From assembly GCF_009914755.1 (NCBI RefSeq), contig NC_060925.1: a stretch of 64,000 bases of DNA, one strand, 5' to 3'. Position 1 is the stretch's first letter. The number at the start of each line of letters is the position of its first letter. The translations under genes were made by a program, and so were the position numbers. This stretch comes from the human T2T-CHM13v2.0 reference genome, Homo sapiens. Shown here one piece after another: positions 1 to 18,995 of the stretch. The notes under the pieces are model-generated. The model was not told the DNA's origin and did not search any database. It saw only the letters and a list, made by a program, of their open reading frames with translations.

Positions 1-371
1 TCATCTGTTCCTGTGACTAATGACCGGGGGAAGCCCCCGGCCTCCGTACTGGTCTTGGGGCAGTGTCCCCAGCCATGACAGAAGCTAAGGCTGGGGTTGA
101 TGATATTTAACCAGGCCCTGCTCCTTCCTTACATTTGGAACTGATTGGGAAGTAGACACAAGAGGCAAGTGGATGGGAATACAAATAACTTTATTCCCAA
201 TAAACTTGGGCTTCAGGCTGTGCCTGGCCAGGCGGGCTTGTCTCTCCTTCTCTTGCCAGTTCTAGATATAGGTGGGAGCAACAGAAAAGCCTGCATATCC
301 CGCAGGCTTTGAGCCTGGAAGTGGGATTACTTTGTAGTATTAGTTTGGGGTATTTATGTTTGTCCGAAGTA

Positions 372-910
372 CAGTCACATATTGATTACCAACGGGGATA
401 CATTCTGAGAAGTGCATTGCTAGGCGATTTCGTGGTAGTGGGAACATCATAGAGAGTAATTACGCACACCTAGATGCTGTGGCCTACTGCACACTCGGGC
501 TACGTGGTACAGCCCGTCACTCCTAGGCTACAATCCTGCACAGTCCCTACAATCCTAGGGACTGTCCTGAGGACTGCAGGCAGCTGTAACACAAGGGTAA
601 CTGTATCTAAACATATCTCAACATAGAAAAGATAACAGTGAAAATATGGTATAAAAGATGAAAAATCATCACCTATATAGAGCGTTTAGCATGAATGGAG
701 CTTTCAGTACTGGAAGTTGCTCTGGGTGTCAGCGAGTGAGTGGTGAGTGAATGTGAAGGCCTAGGACGCTACTGTGCACTATGGGAGACCTTAGAGACAC
801 TGTTTGCTTAGACTATGCTCAATTTATTTTAAAAATTTTCTTCATTAATAAATTCACCTTAGCTTACTGTAACTGTTGTACTTTATAAACCTTTTAATAT
901 TTCAAAACTT
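372..910 (+). mobile_element. Tigger3-family (Golem/MER7) DNA transposon fossil
   Basis: TA-CAGTCA... start; GGGGATACATTCTGAGAA and CTGGAAGTTGCTCTGGGTG...GAATGTGAAGGCCTAGGAC match the remembered consensus. Confidence 0.8.
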
Positions 911-917
911 TTTGAAG

Positions 918-1075
918 ATTGGGCACAGTGGCACATGCCTGTAATCCTAGCACTTTGGGAGGCTGAGGCAGGAGGATTGCTTGAGCCCAGAAATTCGAGA
1001 CCAGCCTGGGCAACATGGTAAGACCCTGTCTCTACAAAAATTTTTTAAAACTTAGCCAGGCATGGTGGCTTGTAC
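918..1075 (+). mobile_element. Alu left arm (AluJ-like, truncated)
   Basis: GGGCACAGTGG...TGTAATCCTAGCACTTTGGGAGG. Confidence 0.85.
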
Positions 1076-1689
1076 AGCACAATTCCATATCCCTACTCAT
1101 TTTTTGACTGCTTGTTCTAACAATTACTGAAAAGGAGTATTAAAATGTCCCATTATTCTTGTGAATTTGTCTGTTTCTTTTAGAGTTGTGGACCATTTTT
1201 AGTTAAAATATATTTTGTTTGTTTTACAGATGGGGGTCTCACTGTGTTGTGCAGGCTGGCCTCAAAAACTTCTGGGCTCAAGCAATCCTCACACTTCAGC
1301 CTCCCAAGTAGCTGGGACTACAGGTGTGTGCTGCCATGCCCAGCTGATTCACATAATTCCAAGTTACGCTTTTTGCCTTAACATCCATCTTTATTTGATA
1401 TCATTATGGCTATACTAGCTTTCTTTTGATTGGTGTTTGCATAGTATATCTTTTTCCATTTGTAAAGTTTTATTCTTTATATAGCTTTGTGTTCAAGATG
1501 TTATGCTCATAAGCAGCATATGACTGTTATTTATGTTGTTATCCAGTTCAAAAACCTGTATATTTCATTTAGGGATCTTGATCCATTTATATTTAACATA
1601 ATTAATAATATGTTCAGGTTTAAATTTTCCATCTTACTATTTACTTTGATTTGTTCTACCCCTTTTATGTTTAGTTTTGTCTCATTTCT

Positions 1690-1986
1690 TTTTTTTTTTT
1701 TTTTGAGACGGAGTTTCCCTCTTTTGCCCAGGCTGGAGTGCAGTGGTGTGATCTCGGCTGACTGTGACCTCCACCTTCCAGTTTCAAGCAATTCTCTTGC
1801 CTCAGTCTCCTGAGTAGCTGGGATTACAGGTGCCCGCCACCCCGCCCGGCTAATTTTTGTATTTTTTAGTAGAAACAGGGTTTCACCATGTTGGCCAGGC
1901 TAGTCTGGAACTCCTGACCTTGTGATCCGCCTGCCTCGGCCTCCCAAAGTGTTTGGATTACAGGCATGAGCCACTGCACCCGGCCT
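1690..1986 (-). mobile_element. AluS
   Basis: Poly-T followed by full antisense Alu. Confidence 0.9.
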
Positions 1987-2139
1987 GTCTCATTTCATTT
2001 TTACTTTGGGATTGACTGGATAATTTTTACTGTTTCATTTTCCCCCATCTATTAACTGATTAATTAAACATTTTTAACAGCTTTATTAAGATATAATTTA
2101 TATACTTACAATTACCTGGATTTTATTTTTTTATTTTTG

Positions 2140-2503
2140 CCTTTTTAATAATTTCAACTTTTATTTTAGATTCATGGGGTCCATGTGTAGGTTTGTTACC
2201 TGGGTATATTTCATGATGCTGAGGTCTGGGGTATGATTGCTCTTGTCACCCAGGTAGTAAGTATAGTACCCAATAGCTAGTTTTTCAGTGCTTGGCTCCT
2301 CCCATCCTTCCCCCTCTAGTAGTCCCCAGTGTCTGTTGCTGCCATCTTTCTGTCCATGAGTACCCAGTGTTTAGCTGCCACTTATAAGTGAGAACATACA
2401 GTATGTGATTTTCTGTTCCTGCATTAATTTGCTTAGGATAATGGCTTCCAGCTGCATCCATGTTGCTGCAAAGGACATGATTTCATCTTTTTTTAATGGC
2501 TGC
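2140..2503 (-). mobile_element. L1 3' end (L1PB-like)
   Basis: GTAGGTTTGTTACCTGGGTATATT...CATGTTGCTGCAAAGGACATGATTTCA, typical antisense L1 3'UTR/ORF2 end. Confidence 0.8.
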
Positions 2504-2570
2504 AACCTGTTTAAAGTATACAATCAACAGGTTTTGTTATTTTACACTATTAATATATATATATTTTTAA

Positions 2571-2708
<138 letters not shown>

Positions 2709-2889
2709 TAAAATATACATAAAATTTTCCATTTTACGCATTTTTAAATTGTGACATTAATTACATTCACGGTGTTGTACAACCATCACCATTATCTACT
2801 TTCAAAACTTTTTCATCATCCCAACAGAAACTCTGTAACAATTAAACAATAACTTCCCATCTAGCTAACTTCCCCCGTCCCCCTGCTAA

Positions 2890-3190
<301 letters not shown>

Positions 3191-3304
3191 ATCCCCTGCT
3201 AACTTTTAATCTACTTTCTGTCTGTATGGATTTGCCTATTGTAGAAATTTCATATAAGTGGAATCACACAATATTTGTGCTTTTGTGTTTGGTTTACGTT
3301 TTGT

Positions 3305-4120
<816 letters not shown>

Positions 4121-4344
4121 TTACAATGTGAACCTTGACTTATTAGAGTATAAATAAGTAGTTTACCTCTTCACAGGCAATGCAAGAACTTAAATCACTT
4201 GAATTTTATGTACTTCTCTCCTGACTTATATGTTTTTGTTTTTATTATTTTCTTTTTTAAATTTAATTTTATTTTTAAAGACAACATCTCATTTTGTCAC
4301 CCAGGTTGGAGTGCAGTGGTGAGGTAGACCACCAGAGGCACTAG

Positions 4345-4956
4345 CAATCCCAAATTCCCTTGATGTCTCTCTAAAATAATAATTGGTTGCAGTTGGCCCC
4401 AGGGAACAGGTGTCTACCACTAGACACAAACACCTGAAACTGATCAGCAGCTTCCCGATAAGATCTCAGGGGTAGGGCAGGTTGGCTCAAGCATGCACCC
4501 GAAAAGGAAAAATGGCAGAGTTTAACTGGTATATGACCTTCTAGGGGCATCCCACTGGTAAGGGAAGAATGCCTCAAGGGAGCATGTATACAGCCCCAGT
4601 GAACACACTGCGCATGCTCACCTCCCCAGTGCTAGAGGCCACTGCACATGCAGGCAGCCCACTCCAAGGGAACAATCGGGAGAAGGGACGCAAGACCCAG
4701 GAAGCATGCCAATGAATAAAACCCCAAGTCAAAAGGTCAGACGGTGCTCTTGATCTCTCAAGTCGTGTCTTTGGCCCTTTTCCAAGCATACTTTACTTCC
4801 CTTCCTGCTCTAAAGCATTTTAATAAACGTTCACTCCTGCTCTAAAACTGGCCTCAGTCTCTCCTCCTGCCTTATGTCCCGCAGTCAACTTCTTTTTGTC
4901 TGAGGAGGCAAGAATTGAGGTTGCTGCAGACTCATATGGATTTGCCATGGGGAACA
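4345..4956 (+). mobile_element. ERV1-class LTR (MER50-like)
   Basis: TATA-like ATAAAACCCCAAG, AATAAA 4822, U5 end GAGGAGGCAAGAATTGAGGTTGCTGCAGAC...AACA. Confidence 0.7.
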
Positions 4957-5640
4957 AGACCCCACAGGTTAAGGGTTTCAGTCCCATAAGACTGCCCCCA
5001 CTTCAGATGCAGGTCACAAGTCCTGGGGTGTCCCAAAGCCACGTACACTTTTGCCCATCAGGGTATAAATTTGGGGCTTCCCATGACACTCCCTCTCCCT
5101 CTCCAAGGTTTGATAATTTCCTAGAATGACTCAAAGAACACAGGAAAGTGCTATATTTATAGCTACAGCTTTTATTGTAAAAGATACAACTCAGGAACAA
5201 TCAAGTGGAGCATGCATAGGGTAAGATCTGGAGGGGGTGGGGGAAACAGGAGACTGTCCCTGTGGAGTCCAGGTGTGCCATCCTCCCAGTACATCAATAT
5301 GTTCACCAACCAGGAAGCGACCCAATCCTCGATGTACAGTTCTTATTGAGGTTTCATTACATTGGCATGCTTGATTAAATCATTAGGCAAGTGATAAAAT
5401 TCAACCTACAGTTTCTCCATCTCTTCTGTGGTGGTGGGGGGAAGCGGGGCAGGAAATTAACATTCCACTTCCATGATTATATGGTCAATTTTCTGGTGAC
5501 CAGCCCCAATCCTGAAGATATCTAGGGGCCCAAATAGGAGTCACCTTATTAGCATAACAAAAACATCATTCAGGAAATGCCAAGGTTTTTTGAAGTTCTA
5601 TGCCAGAAACCAAGAAAAAAGACCAGATATATTTTTTATT
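4957..5640 (-). mobile_element. MER21-family LTR fragment
   Basis: AGACTGCCCCCACTTCAGATGC and GGTTTGATAATTT...GACTCA...CAGGAAAG resemble the MER21 antisense consensus. Confidence 0.65.
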
Positions 5641-6044
5641 CTACTGCAGCCTTCAGATATATTCTTTGCATATATAATGTGTAAAGTAGTTCTAATTGTT
5701 CTCAGGGAAGGATTGGTCAGAAATGCCTAGGCCACCATAACCAGAAGCAAAATTCTCTTGCTAATCAATAAATCATATTAAATGAAAAAAGAAACAGCAA
5801 GAGAAAGAAGAGAATAAGAGAATGAAACACTGGAACAATAAAAAAGTGAATGAAACTGTAGGTAAAAAGAAAATAAACCATGAAGTGAGAAATGATTCTT
5901 TTAAAAGGAGAGAAAATGACAGCGGTGGAACAGTACTCTTGAGGCAAAGGTAAAACATTCAACATTTTTCATGATTACAGTTCTGCACCTTGCAAACTTC
6001 ACTTTCCGCCTCTTTGAGGTCCCATCTTCCTTCGCAACCTAGGT

Positions 6045-6250
6045 AAGCCATCCAGTGAAATGTTTTTTGGCGATGGCAATGTTCTAAATCTGTGCTGTGC
6101 AGTATGGTAGTCACTAGCCACAGGTGGCTACTGGGCACTTGAAATGGGACTAGTGTAACTGAGGAGCTGCATTTAAACTTTCCATTTAATTGATAATTAA
6201 CTTAAAATTTTTAAAATTGCACGTGGCTTCCATGTTGACAGTGCAATCTT
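6045..6250. mobile_element. MER3-like hAT-Charlie fossil
   Basis: ATGGTAGTCACTAGCCACAGGTGGCTACTGGGCACTTGAAATG. Confidence 0.7.
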
Positions 6251-8549
6251 AGAGGTTTCATCTTGTGACACAAGTTAGGAGCTTCTGAAGAAAGAACAGA
6301 GCCTCCACCACACCCAAATTCCCATAGCACCTTTCCCAGCTTAACACCACATAGCAAGGGCTGGAACTCTAGAATTGCAGAAATGTGACTAACATTTCCT
6401 TTGATACAGCTCAGGGTCTCTGCCTAAGTGTTACAACTCACAATTATGAATGAAAACATGATTTCTTTTTTCCAAAAGAGAAGCCAGGGGAAAAAGTTTT
6501 ATATAATAACTAGAACAGACATATACAGAACAGTAACACCATCACTATTTGGAGAGATGAAAATGTCCTATATAGTGACTGGGTGTTGTTACATGGAGTA
6601 GATCCCTTTTTCAAAATTGGAGAGCTAAGATGTGTTCATTTCAATGTGTGTAAAGTTTATGTTCCAAAAAAATTGCAAAAAATAACCCCAGTGGGGATGG
6701 GGTGGAGAGTTGTTAGGTATAGTTGAAATAATAATGACAAAATACTGAGAATTGTTGAAGCTCAGTAATGGGTATATAGGGATTTATTATATCATTATGT
6801 TCCTTTTTATATGTTGAAATTTTTCCAAATAAAAAATCTTTAAAAATATGTATTCTCCAAATTAACACATACATATAGAAAAAAAGTGGCAGAAAGACAC
6901 ATTACAAAATGGAAAGAGTAAGTCTTATTTTTAAGACACCACGTGTATTTATTATTTCATGTTTTTAAAGGGTGATATATTCAAGCATTTTCTAAATGAA
7001 AATTCACATTTTTCCATCCCTCTCCCCATCTACTCAGTTCTACCTGCTGATACCTGTTCAGAATTTGTATGTAAGTATAAACAAATATTACTTACAATCT
7101 TATTTTCTCCTTTTCTACTCCTAAAGTAACATACTATACTATTGTTGTGCACCTTGCTTGCCATTTAACAACATATTTTAGAGATCTTGCCACATCAGTA
7201 CATACAGGGCACATTCATTTTTAAGCTGCATAGTATTACATTGTATGCATGCACCAAAGTTTATTAAATAAATCTCCTATGGATACACCTTTGGGTAATT
7301 TCCAATCTTTTGCTGTGACAAAAAATGCTGCACAAAGTCTGTGAGCCTACTTTGGCTCAGGAGGCTTCCCAATTAAAACTATTTAATTAAAAAGAAAAAA
7401 TGTTGCAATAAAACATCTTCATAAATCATACACATTTGTTTAATGAACACATTTCATGTATGAAGTACACAAATGTATTTGCAGGATAAATTCCCAGAAG
7501 TGGATTTCTGGGTCAAAGAACTACAATTTTGTACATTTTGTAACTTTAATGAATATTACCAATTGCCATCCACAAGAGGTGTGCCAGTTTACAGAATTCA
7601 AAATTACAAAATTCCTACCAGCAATGAGAATATGTACACAGATAACTTTAAGAGACTTACCAAGACTGGCTTGACTTGTACAACTTTGTTTAATGTGTTT
7701 AGCAAGGTAAACTAATAGATTTGAAACTAAGCCAACTTATTAGGCCAACTGATCAAATACGACATGAGAAAAAAAAACATGCTCTTTTCCTGCAGCTTTC
7801 CTATTTAAATGTCACTCACACTCAGTTTTTAGGAATTTCACCCACCTATTGCAGGAGCTAAGTTATTCCTGTCTTAATGCCCAGTGAAGTTTCTGCACGT
7901 TTGAGAATCTACTTAGTATTCCCGATTGCTCAGAATTCAGTGATGTACTGATTGGTATTAGTGGAGATAATTTGGTTTTAATTCTCTCATAAACTTCAAC
8001 TTGGCTACTTTATTTTTTTTTTTAAGGAAAACCACAAAAAATACTCTCTAAAATGTGGTAATACAGTACCTGTACTTTTAACAGGGTACCTAAAATTGTG
8101 GATTGATATGACTTTGAAATAAAGATCAATCTGTACTAATGAGGTGTCAACATTATAATATTATAATCCAATAATATAATTCAGTGCCTAATAATACTAG
8201 CCTTAGAGGAAGGCTGTCTGAGTTCAGATGTTGCTTGGGTACTTACTTAGGCGACCCTTTGCAAGTGGATTGCTTGCAATTTATTTACCTTCACAAAACT
8301 TCAATTCCTTGGTAGCGTTGACATGAAGATTAAATAAAATAATCTGATAAACATGCACCACTGCTAGGAGCATCATCGTCATTGACAAATGATCCCTCCA
8401 GTGAGGGCTCACAGATTATTTGTCATAGTTTTTCATGACAAAGATTCTGATTCCTACTAATTGAGAACATCAAGAAAATGTTCTCCGGATATTTACTTAG
8501 AAGCACTGATATGAAATATGGTGCTTATACATAATTGTTTAAAGACAGA

Positions 8550-9090
<541 letters not shown>

Positions 9091-9559
9091 TTATTAAAGC
9101 AATACATCTAATGGTATTAATTCAATTAGCGTTTATCAATTGTGCTATGCCCAACACTGCTCTAGGGAAGCTGCTGGGAATACAAAAAATGCAAATATTC
9201 TCTGTGTGTATAACACATATCTCAATAAATACAGAATACACGTGACATACAAAAACATCTTCCACATCCCATACAAGCACTGATATAGTCTGAAACGGGG
9301 ATGAGATTCAATAGAATGCCTGTTTATCTCTTTTTGGGAAGAACTTACACTGTCCCGAAGCTTAGAGTGGCTAATTATGGTTTGAAGTGATACAAGTCAC
9401 CTGTACCATACTGTATTTTTTCATTCTGATTGTTTAGGAATCAAAATAAATGGGAATGTGTCTTACCATTTCAGCATTATTATTATGCTCCACATACCTT
9501 TAAAACAAGTCTTTTGGTGAATGATAAAAGCCTGACAAATGTAGTGCACACACAACCAC

Positions 9560-12850
<3,291 letters not shown>

Positions 12851-13356
12851 GACTTTTATTTTTTACTTTAACTCTTCTGCACATTGCATATGGATTGAAG
12901 CTTGCTTTGTAGGCAAATGTGGCTTATTTACGCTTTTCCAAACTCTGCAATTCATCCAGGAAGGTCTCTTCATATGACACCCACATTCCCACTTCTGTGC
13001 CTTGGGCTCAGGTCCTACTCTTCCATTTTCTTTGCACATTTAAGTCTTGTCCATTCTTCAAGGACCCGCTCAAATGCCAACAATTCCATGAGAACTTTCT
13101 AAACTCCTTAAAAGTACACTGCTCTCTTCCTTCTTGGTATTTCCACTGTACACAGCTGTGCATTTGATTATTCTCTCACTTATATTTGTTGACTTTTTCC
13201 AATTTCTAAGCATCTTAAGAGGACGAAGTATGTTTAAAATTATTAAAATTCTTCTGCACTCCCACATTACAGTCAATATGAAGCATAGCATTCAATACTT
13301 TTAAATATGTGATAGTTTCCTCAGGATATACATATTACTTTCAAAAGGGCAAGCCT

Positions 13357-13677
<321 letters not shown>

Positions 13678-14026
13678 CTAGGTCTTGTGGCCTACATTTT
13701 ATTTTCTTTATTTAGAGATGTGCAGATGGTATAAAATCTACTTTTTTATAATAAATTCACATTTTGTACCTCTGAAATTTTCCATTCGAGGGAATTTTAA
13801 AAAATTGAGATCTGATTTATTCACAATTCTGACGGTAAGCAGAACACTTACTTAATTTAGCAAACAGCTTCCTAAGTATCCTCCCCACATAAATAAAACA
13901 AAAAACTAGGGTCTTCAAAGAATATTTCAGTAACAAGAATATAAAAATATTGAATACCAACTAAAGAAGAGCAATAGATATAATATCTTAATATCACTTT
14001 TATCCAGTGTAAGACAATTTTTAAGC

Positions 14027-14032
14027 TTTATT
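14027..14032 (-). terminator. EXOC8: Probable EXOC8 polyadenylation signal (AATAAA); implies ~2.8 kb 3'UTR
   Basis: TTTATT on + strand at the end of a long AT-rich, largely unique tract below the stop; TGTA element upstream (14082-14089). Confidence 0.65.
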
Positions 14033-16221
14033 TTTATGAAACATTTCAGATTCCCTCATATCACAGCACATCAATAAGCAGTATGTACATAGACTGACTT
14101 TTATAGTACGTGTCATGTCCCAAATTCCCAATCCTAGGTAAGATATCAAGTTACAAAATACAAGTGCCGATAATTAAACTATAGGTAGTATATTAAACAA
14201 AAATGAGTTTTTAGCAATTATGTGAAATAAGGCTTTAACCAAAGCAAGACTTAATGCCACAAGGTGTCTTTTTTCCCCAAGAGTAATTAATTCAATCAAG
14301 CCCATGATTCCAAGCTCAAGTAACAAGTTTTATATTCTTGAAGCAAACAAGAAAAGGCAATCAATGCTTAAGTGGTATATTTTAGTATATATTACATTTC
14401 TGGACAATCTCTCATTGCATTCAATTTTTAGAACTTGTCTTGGGTCTAATAAAACAAAAGAATTAGAGAAGAAAGCCCATGCCACTTTGAGGAATGTAAC
14501 ATAATTGTTTTGTCTGGGTACAAAGGTACGTTACAACACTGGGGGTCTTTAGTCAAGTTCCCATACTAATTGACTCACCAAAGCATACTTCCTTCAGCTA
14601 CAACTGTAATTGGAACACACAGATTTTACCTGAAGAAAATCCTGTACTTCCAGTTTTAAAAAGCAGACAATTCTATGAAGAAGCAACCATTTAAATATCT
14701 AACTATACACATTCAAGTTTTTACAACTTCATGCCTTATGAGGAATTTTGATTTCAGAAGTATCATTCCACAGACTCAGCATCATATATTTATACATATT
14801 TCATACAGTATAGTATTAGAAACTGTAAATGGCACAGAATAATCATAATTATCACAAAATTTTATCAATTTCCAGTGATCTTAAAAAGACAAATTATAAC
14901 CGCCTTTGCTCAGCTAAGATATCCAGTTATGGTTACAACTTTCGAAAATCCTAAAGTTATGTGAAAAAAATTAGTCAAAGAAAATCTGTAAATCTGATAC
15001 TTTCCAATATTTTAAATATGCACAGCTAAAGAGAAAATAAAGGGGTTGATCTGGCACATGAATAATTAAGTCAATGAATTTTACAACCCTGAGCCACTTT
15101 GGCAACTACTTTAGGTTTCACATAATTTTCACAGTCTTAGTACCACCATTTTCATTCAGATAAAAGAAATGACCTTTTGAAATCATGGGCATCAAATTTG
15201 GTGCTTATGGACAAGAATCACAACTAGAAGCTAGAGACAAAATGGATCACAGCAAGCACAGTTTCCCTCAAAGAATAAGGAACGCTATAGAATATACAAC
15301 AGCGATAGTTTAGAAACCTTGGGAAGCTCACATTTCTTTAGTTATTTTGTTTTACTAAACAATTTGAAGTAAGCATTATATTCATGTTTAAAAACAAAGC
15401 AAGGAAAAATAAAAAATGAAACAAAAATGCAGCATGGAACATTTTAGGAGTCACAGAAGGTTCTCTTCTTCCCTTTGTTTTGGGCACATTGTCTCACCTG
15501 TTTTCACTTTGTTACAAAAGGAAACAAAACCAAATCTCTGCTCAGAGTGGTCATAGTGAGAACACTGAGATTTGCATATGTTTTTCTACTTTCCCATCCA
15601 TCTAGACCCTGAAATCTAAATAAATATTTCAGTTAAAACTTTTTTTCCATTTGCATGAAGTCTGGGTCACTATATCTCCTACCCTGAATGGGGGAAGATG
15701 GGACAGCTATATCTCATACTGAAGCGGTGGCAGCTAAAACCTGGCAACTGCTGCCAGTGTCCCCAATGTGTCTTGCTTATTATTTTTTAAAATGTGACAA
15801 AGACAAAAGCTACAGCTGGAAACTCACACAATTTAGAAATATGTTGAAAACTTTTATTATAGTCCTTAGGATTTCCAAGTAAATGCTCCCAAATCAAGTA
15901 TTACAAAGCTGCTAATTAATTAGCAACTGAAAATTAGCCATTCAAATTATATTGGAAATATTTGCTGAATTGTTTTTATGAAAGCTTCCTCTTGGATTCT
16001 GTAAGGATCAGAGTATCTGAATCCACAAACCAGCTAGTTTCAAGAAAGAATTCTTTTGACTAAAACTTACCTTAAAACCAATTTTCCCAACTCTTTTCCT
16101 TTTCCCAAATAGTCCAACGTTTTGAGGAGAAATATATGAGGCAGGTTGTTTTACACGGCACTGTACCCTTTAGGAAACCTAACATTTCAGTGAACTGGGA
16201 AACTTCACAACATAAACTCTA

Positions 16222-16566
<345 letters not shown>

Positions 16567-16817
16567 TCAGAAGAAGAGAATTAGCATAATTTAAAAGGAT
16601 AGCTAGCATACTATACGTTTTAATAATTCCAGTATTTTTGTTACTTGGGCTTAATTTAACTTATTTTCCTCTTTTTGATTTTTGTATTTTTAAGAGGGCA
16701 CTTTTAATTTTCAAGTTGTGTTTGAAACTATAGAGTATGCTAATACAACTTAATATAAATATAAATAATATATAAGCTCTCTCTCTGCATATATACACAT
16801 ATAAACAGACCCAAGCA

Positions 16818-18995
16818 TTAGACCACTGATGTTGTACTTTCAGGATTCACACGAATAAGTCTAGATGCATTCCTCAGATCTTGGAGTTGCTTGGCAGGTT
16901 TCCCCACACCTTCTTCAAACCTTTTCTCCACCACAGGGAGGACTGTTTCATATAAAAAGGATGCATTCTGTCTGATAAAAGCTTTCTTCTCTGGATCCTG
17001 CTCACATCGAAGACTATAATCCACATGCTGAACAGCAACCAAAATGATTTCCACCAGGCTCTCCAAAAGTACCATGTGCAGCTCTGGGAAATACAGCTTC
17101 AGGGCCTCTTCCAAGAAGCCCATGGTCTGTTTGGTGAAAGCAACCACTGTGTAACTTAGGTTCACCCAGCAGTCATCCCCTGTGTACTGCTCAAAGTTAC
17201 TTACCCCACAACTTTTCATCTCTTCTTTGAGCTTACCCAGGGCTTCTGGCGTCATCAAGTTCATCCTCCTCCACATCTCTTCAGAGTTGCGATGTTTAGT
17301 GGCTTCAATGATGATTTCTTTGTAACTGTGCAAGGCCCCTTGGATGTCTTTCACCAGAAGGGCATGGATGATGAAGGTGAGATCCAGTCCGATATCACCC
17401 AGTTGCTGGCAATGCTCCTTAGCCACTTTTACACACTCAGCTGCTGTAGAGAGGCTCTCCTTACTATCAAACACCTGCTTGCTAAAAGCATCCACGAACA
17501 TGCCCATGGCTGATCTTGCCCAGACCACAAAGGCAGAGTAGCAGCCGCTGTCAGTGCCTGCAAAATCGATCTCAAATTCTCTTGCAGTCTCGAGAAGGCT
17601 GGTAAAGAAGACATGGCACAGCTTATGAATATAGAGTAAAGTGGCACCTTCGATGCGAAGCTGACGAATTGCAGTATGAACAGCGGCTGCCCTGTTTCTC
17701 AAAAATAGCTCACAGGCCTTCGTGCACTGGCCCAGCCGGATCAGTTGCGAAACTGCTCTGCGAGTAGCCTTCGGACCACCTCTCAGGGAACGATCTGGGG
17801 AGAGTTCGAAAACTAGCACCTCAGTGAGCTGTCGAACTCGCTCCTCCACTTTGGCCCTTAGTTCTTTTACAGGAGGTGGGCTAGGTTTATCTTCCAGGTA
17901 ATGGTTCAATTTATCCAGCAGGTCAACCGCCCCTTCAAAGTCTCTCTGCGCAATGCAGACATCCAGGTCTTCAGGTAACTCCTGGATCCATTCCATGGAG
18001 AGGTCCACCTTCTCTTCCTCTACCTCAGGAACAGCTGGTTCTTCTTCTTCGTCATCCTCAAATGGGTTAGTGGCCTTGGAAGTCACTTGGGGTGGCCCTC
18101 GAGGGGCCGCTGCCTCCTCCTGCTCCCTTCGCCTTTTCTCACTGAGGGCCCTCTTGGTGTCCTCCAGCACTTCCAGCCACTCTCGTTTGATTTTAGCATT
18201 TTCGGCCTGGAAAATACGGCTCTCGGGGAACATAAGCAGCTTGAACATGTCCTTCATGGGCGGGTTGTCCTTGACATTGACTACGGCCAAACCATCTAGG
18301 GAATAGAGAGCGTTGTAGCGATACATCCCACGCCGCTGAGGCAGCCAGGTAGCCACCAACAAGCAATCGTTCATGAGAAAGCCGTGCACCCGCTGCAGTT
18401 GGGCCATGTGGTCCGCATCGTATTCCACTAGGTCCCCATTGTACACCAAGTACTGTCCCGGCGTCTCCAGCAGATGCCTGCAGCCTTCCACCTTCTCAAG
18501 CAGGGTGGTGAGAGTGCGCTGCTTTCCTTCCTCGCCTGGACCGGAGCCGTCGCGGGAGGCACCCCCGGGGGTGGAGAAAAAGCCGGCCTGGCCTCGGAGG
18601 TGGTCTCGGCCCCCCGCCCCACCGACTCCCTCCTCCCCTCCAGAGGCGGCGGCGGCTCCGGCGGCAGCAGCGGCAGGCAGCAACGTAAGCGGGATGCTCT
18701 CCAGGCTGCTTTTCTGCTCGGTCAGCAAATGGCTGAGCTGGTACATCTCGCTCTCCAGGTAGGAGATCTCGCGGGCCGTCTCTATGAACTGCCGGTAGTT
18801 CTGGTAGACGTTGCGCTTCAGGTTCTGCGCCGTCTCCTCCGCCAGCGCCTGGATGCGCTGCCGGTGCTCCTGGAGGTCCCGGTCCCCATCCGACTGCTGC
18901 GAGAGCTGCTTCACGTACAGCCGCGCCTCAAAACCCCCTGACTCCAGCTGCCGACGCAGGCGGCTCGCCCCACTGTCCGACATCGCCATCGCCAT
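16818..18995 (-). CDS. EXOC8: Exocyst complex component 8 (Exo84), single-exon CDS, 725 aa
   Basis: Uninterrupted ORF MAMAMSDSGASRLRRQ...ESTTSVV*. ATG at 18995 in strong Kozak context (GAA ATG G). N-terminal Vps51-like coiled coil, PH domain (LVYNGDLVEY...KREWLEVL), Exo84 C-terminal helical region. Confidence 0.98.
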   Translation of the reverse strand: MAMAMSDSGASRLRRQLESGGFEARLYVKQLSQQSDGDRDLQEHRQRIQALAEETAQNLKRNVYQNYRQFIETAREISYLESEMYQLSHLLTEQKSSLESIPLTLLPAAAAAGAAAASGGEEGVGGAGGRDHLRGQAGFFSTPGGASRDGSGPGEEGKQRTLTTLLEKVEGCRHLLETPGQYLVYNGDLVEYDADHMAQLQRVHGFLMNDCLLVATWLPQRRGMYRYNALYSLDGLAVVNVKDNPPMKDMFKLLMFPESRIFQAENAKIKREWLEVLEDTKRALSEKRRREQEEAAAPRGPPQVTSKATNPFEDDEEEEPAVPEVEEEKVDLSMEWIQELPEDLDVCIAQRDFEGAVDLLDKLNHYLEDKPSPPPVKELRAKVEERVRQLTEVLVFELSPDRSLRGGPKATRRAVSQLIRLGQCTKACELFLRNRAAAVHTAIRQLRIEGATLLYIHKLCHVFFTSLLETAREFEIDFAGTDSGCYSAFVVWARSAMGMFVDAFSKQVFDSKESLSTAAECVKVAKEHCQQLGDIGLDLTFIIHALLVKDIQGALHSYKEIIIEATKHRNSEEMWRRMNLMTPEALGKLKEEMKSCGVSNFEQYTGDDCWVNLSYTVVAFTKQTMGFLEEALKLYFPELHMVLLESLVEIILVAVQHVDYSLRCEQDPEKKAFIRQNASFLYETVLPVVEKRFEEGVGKPAKQLQDLRNASRLIRVNPESTTSVV

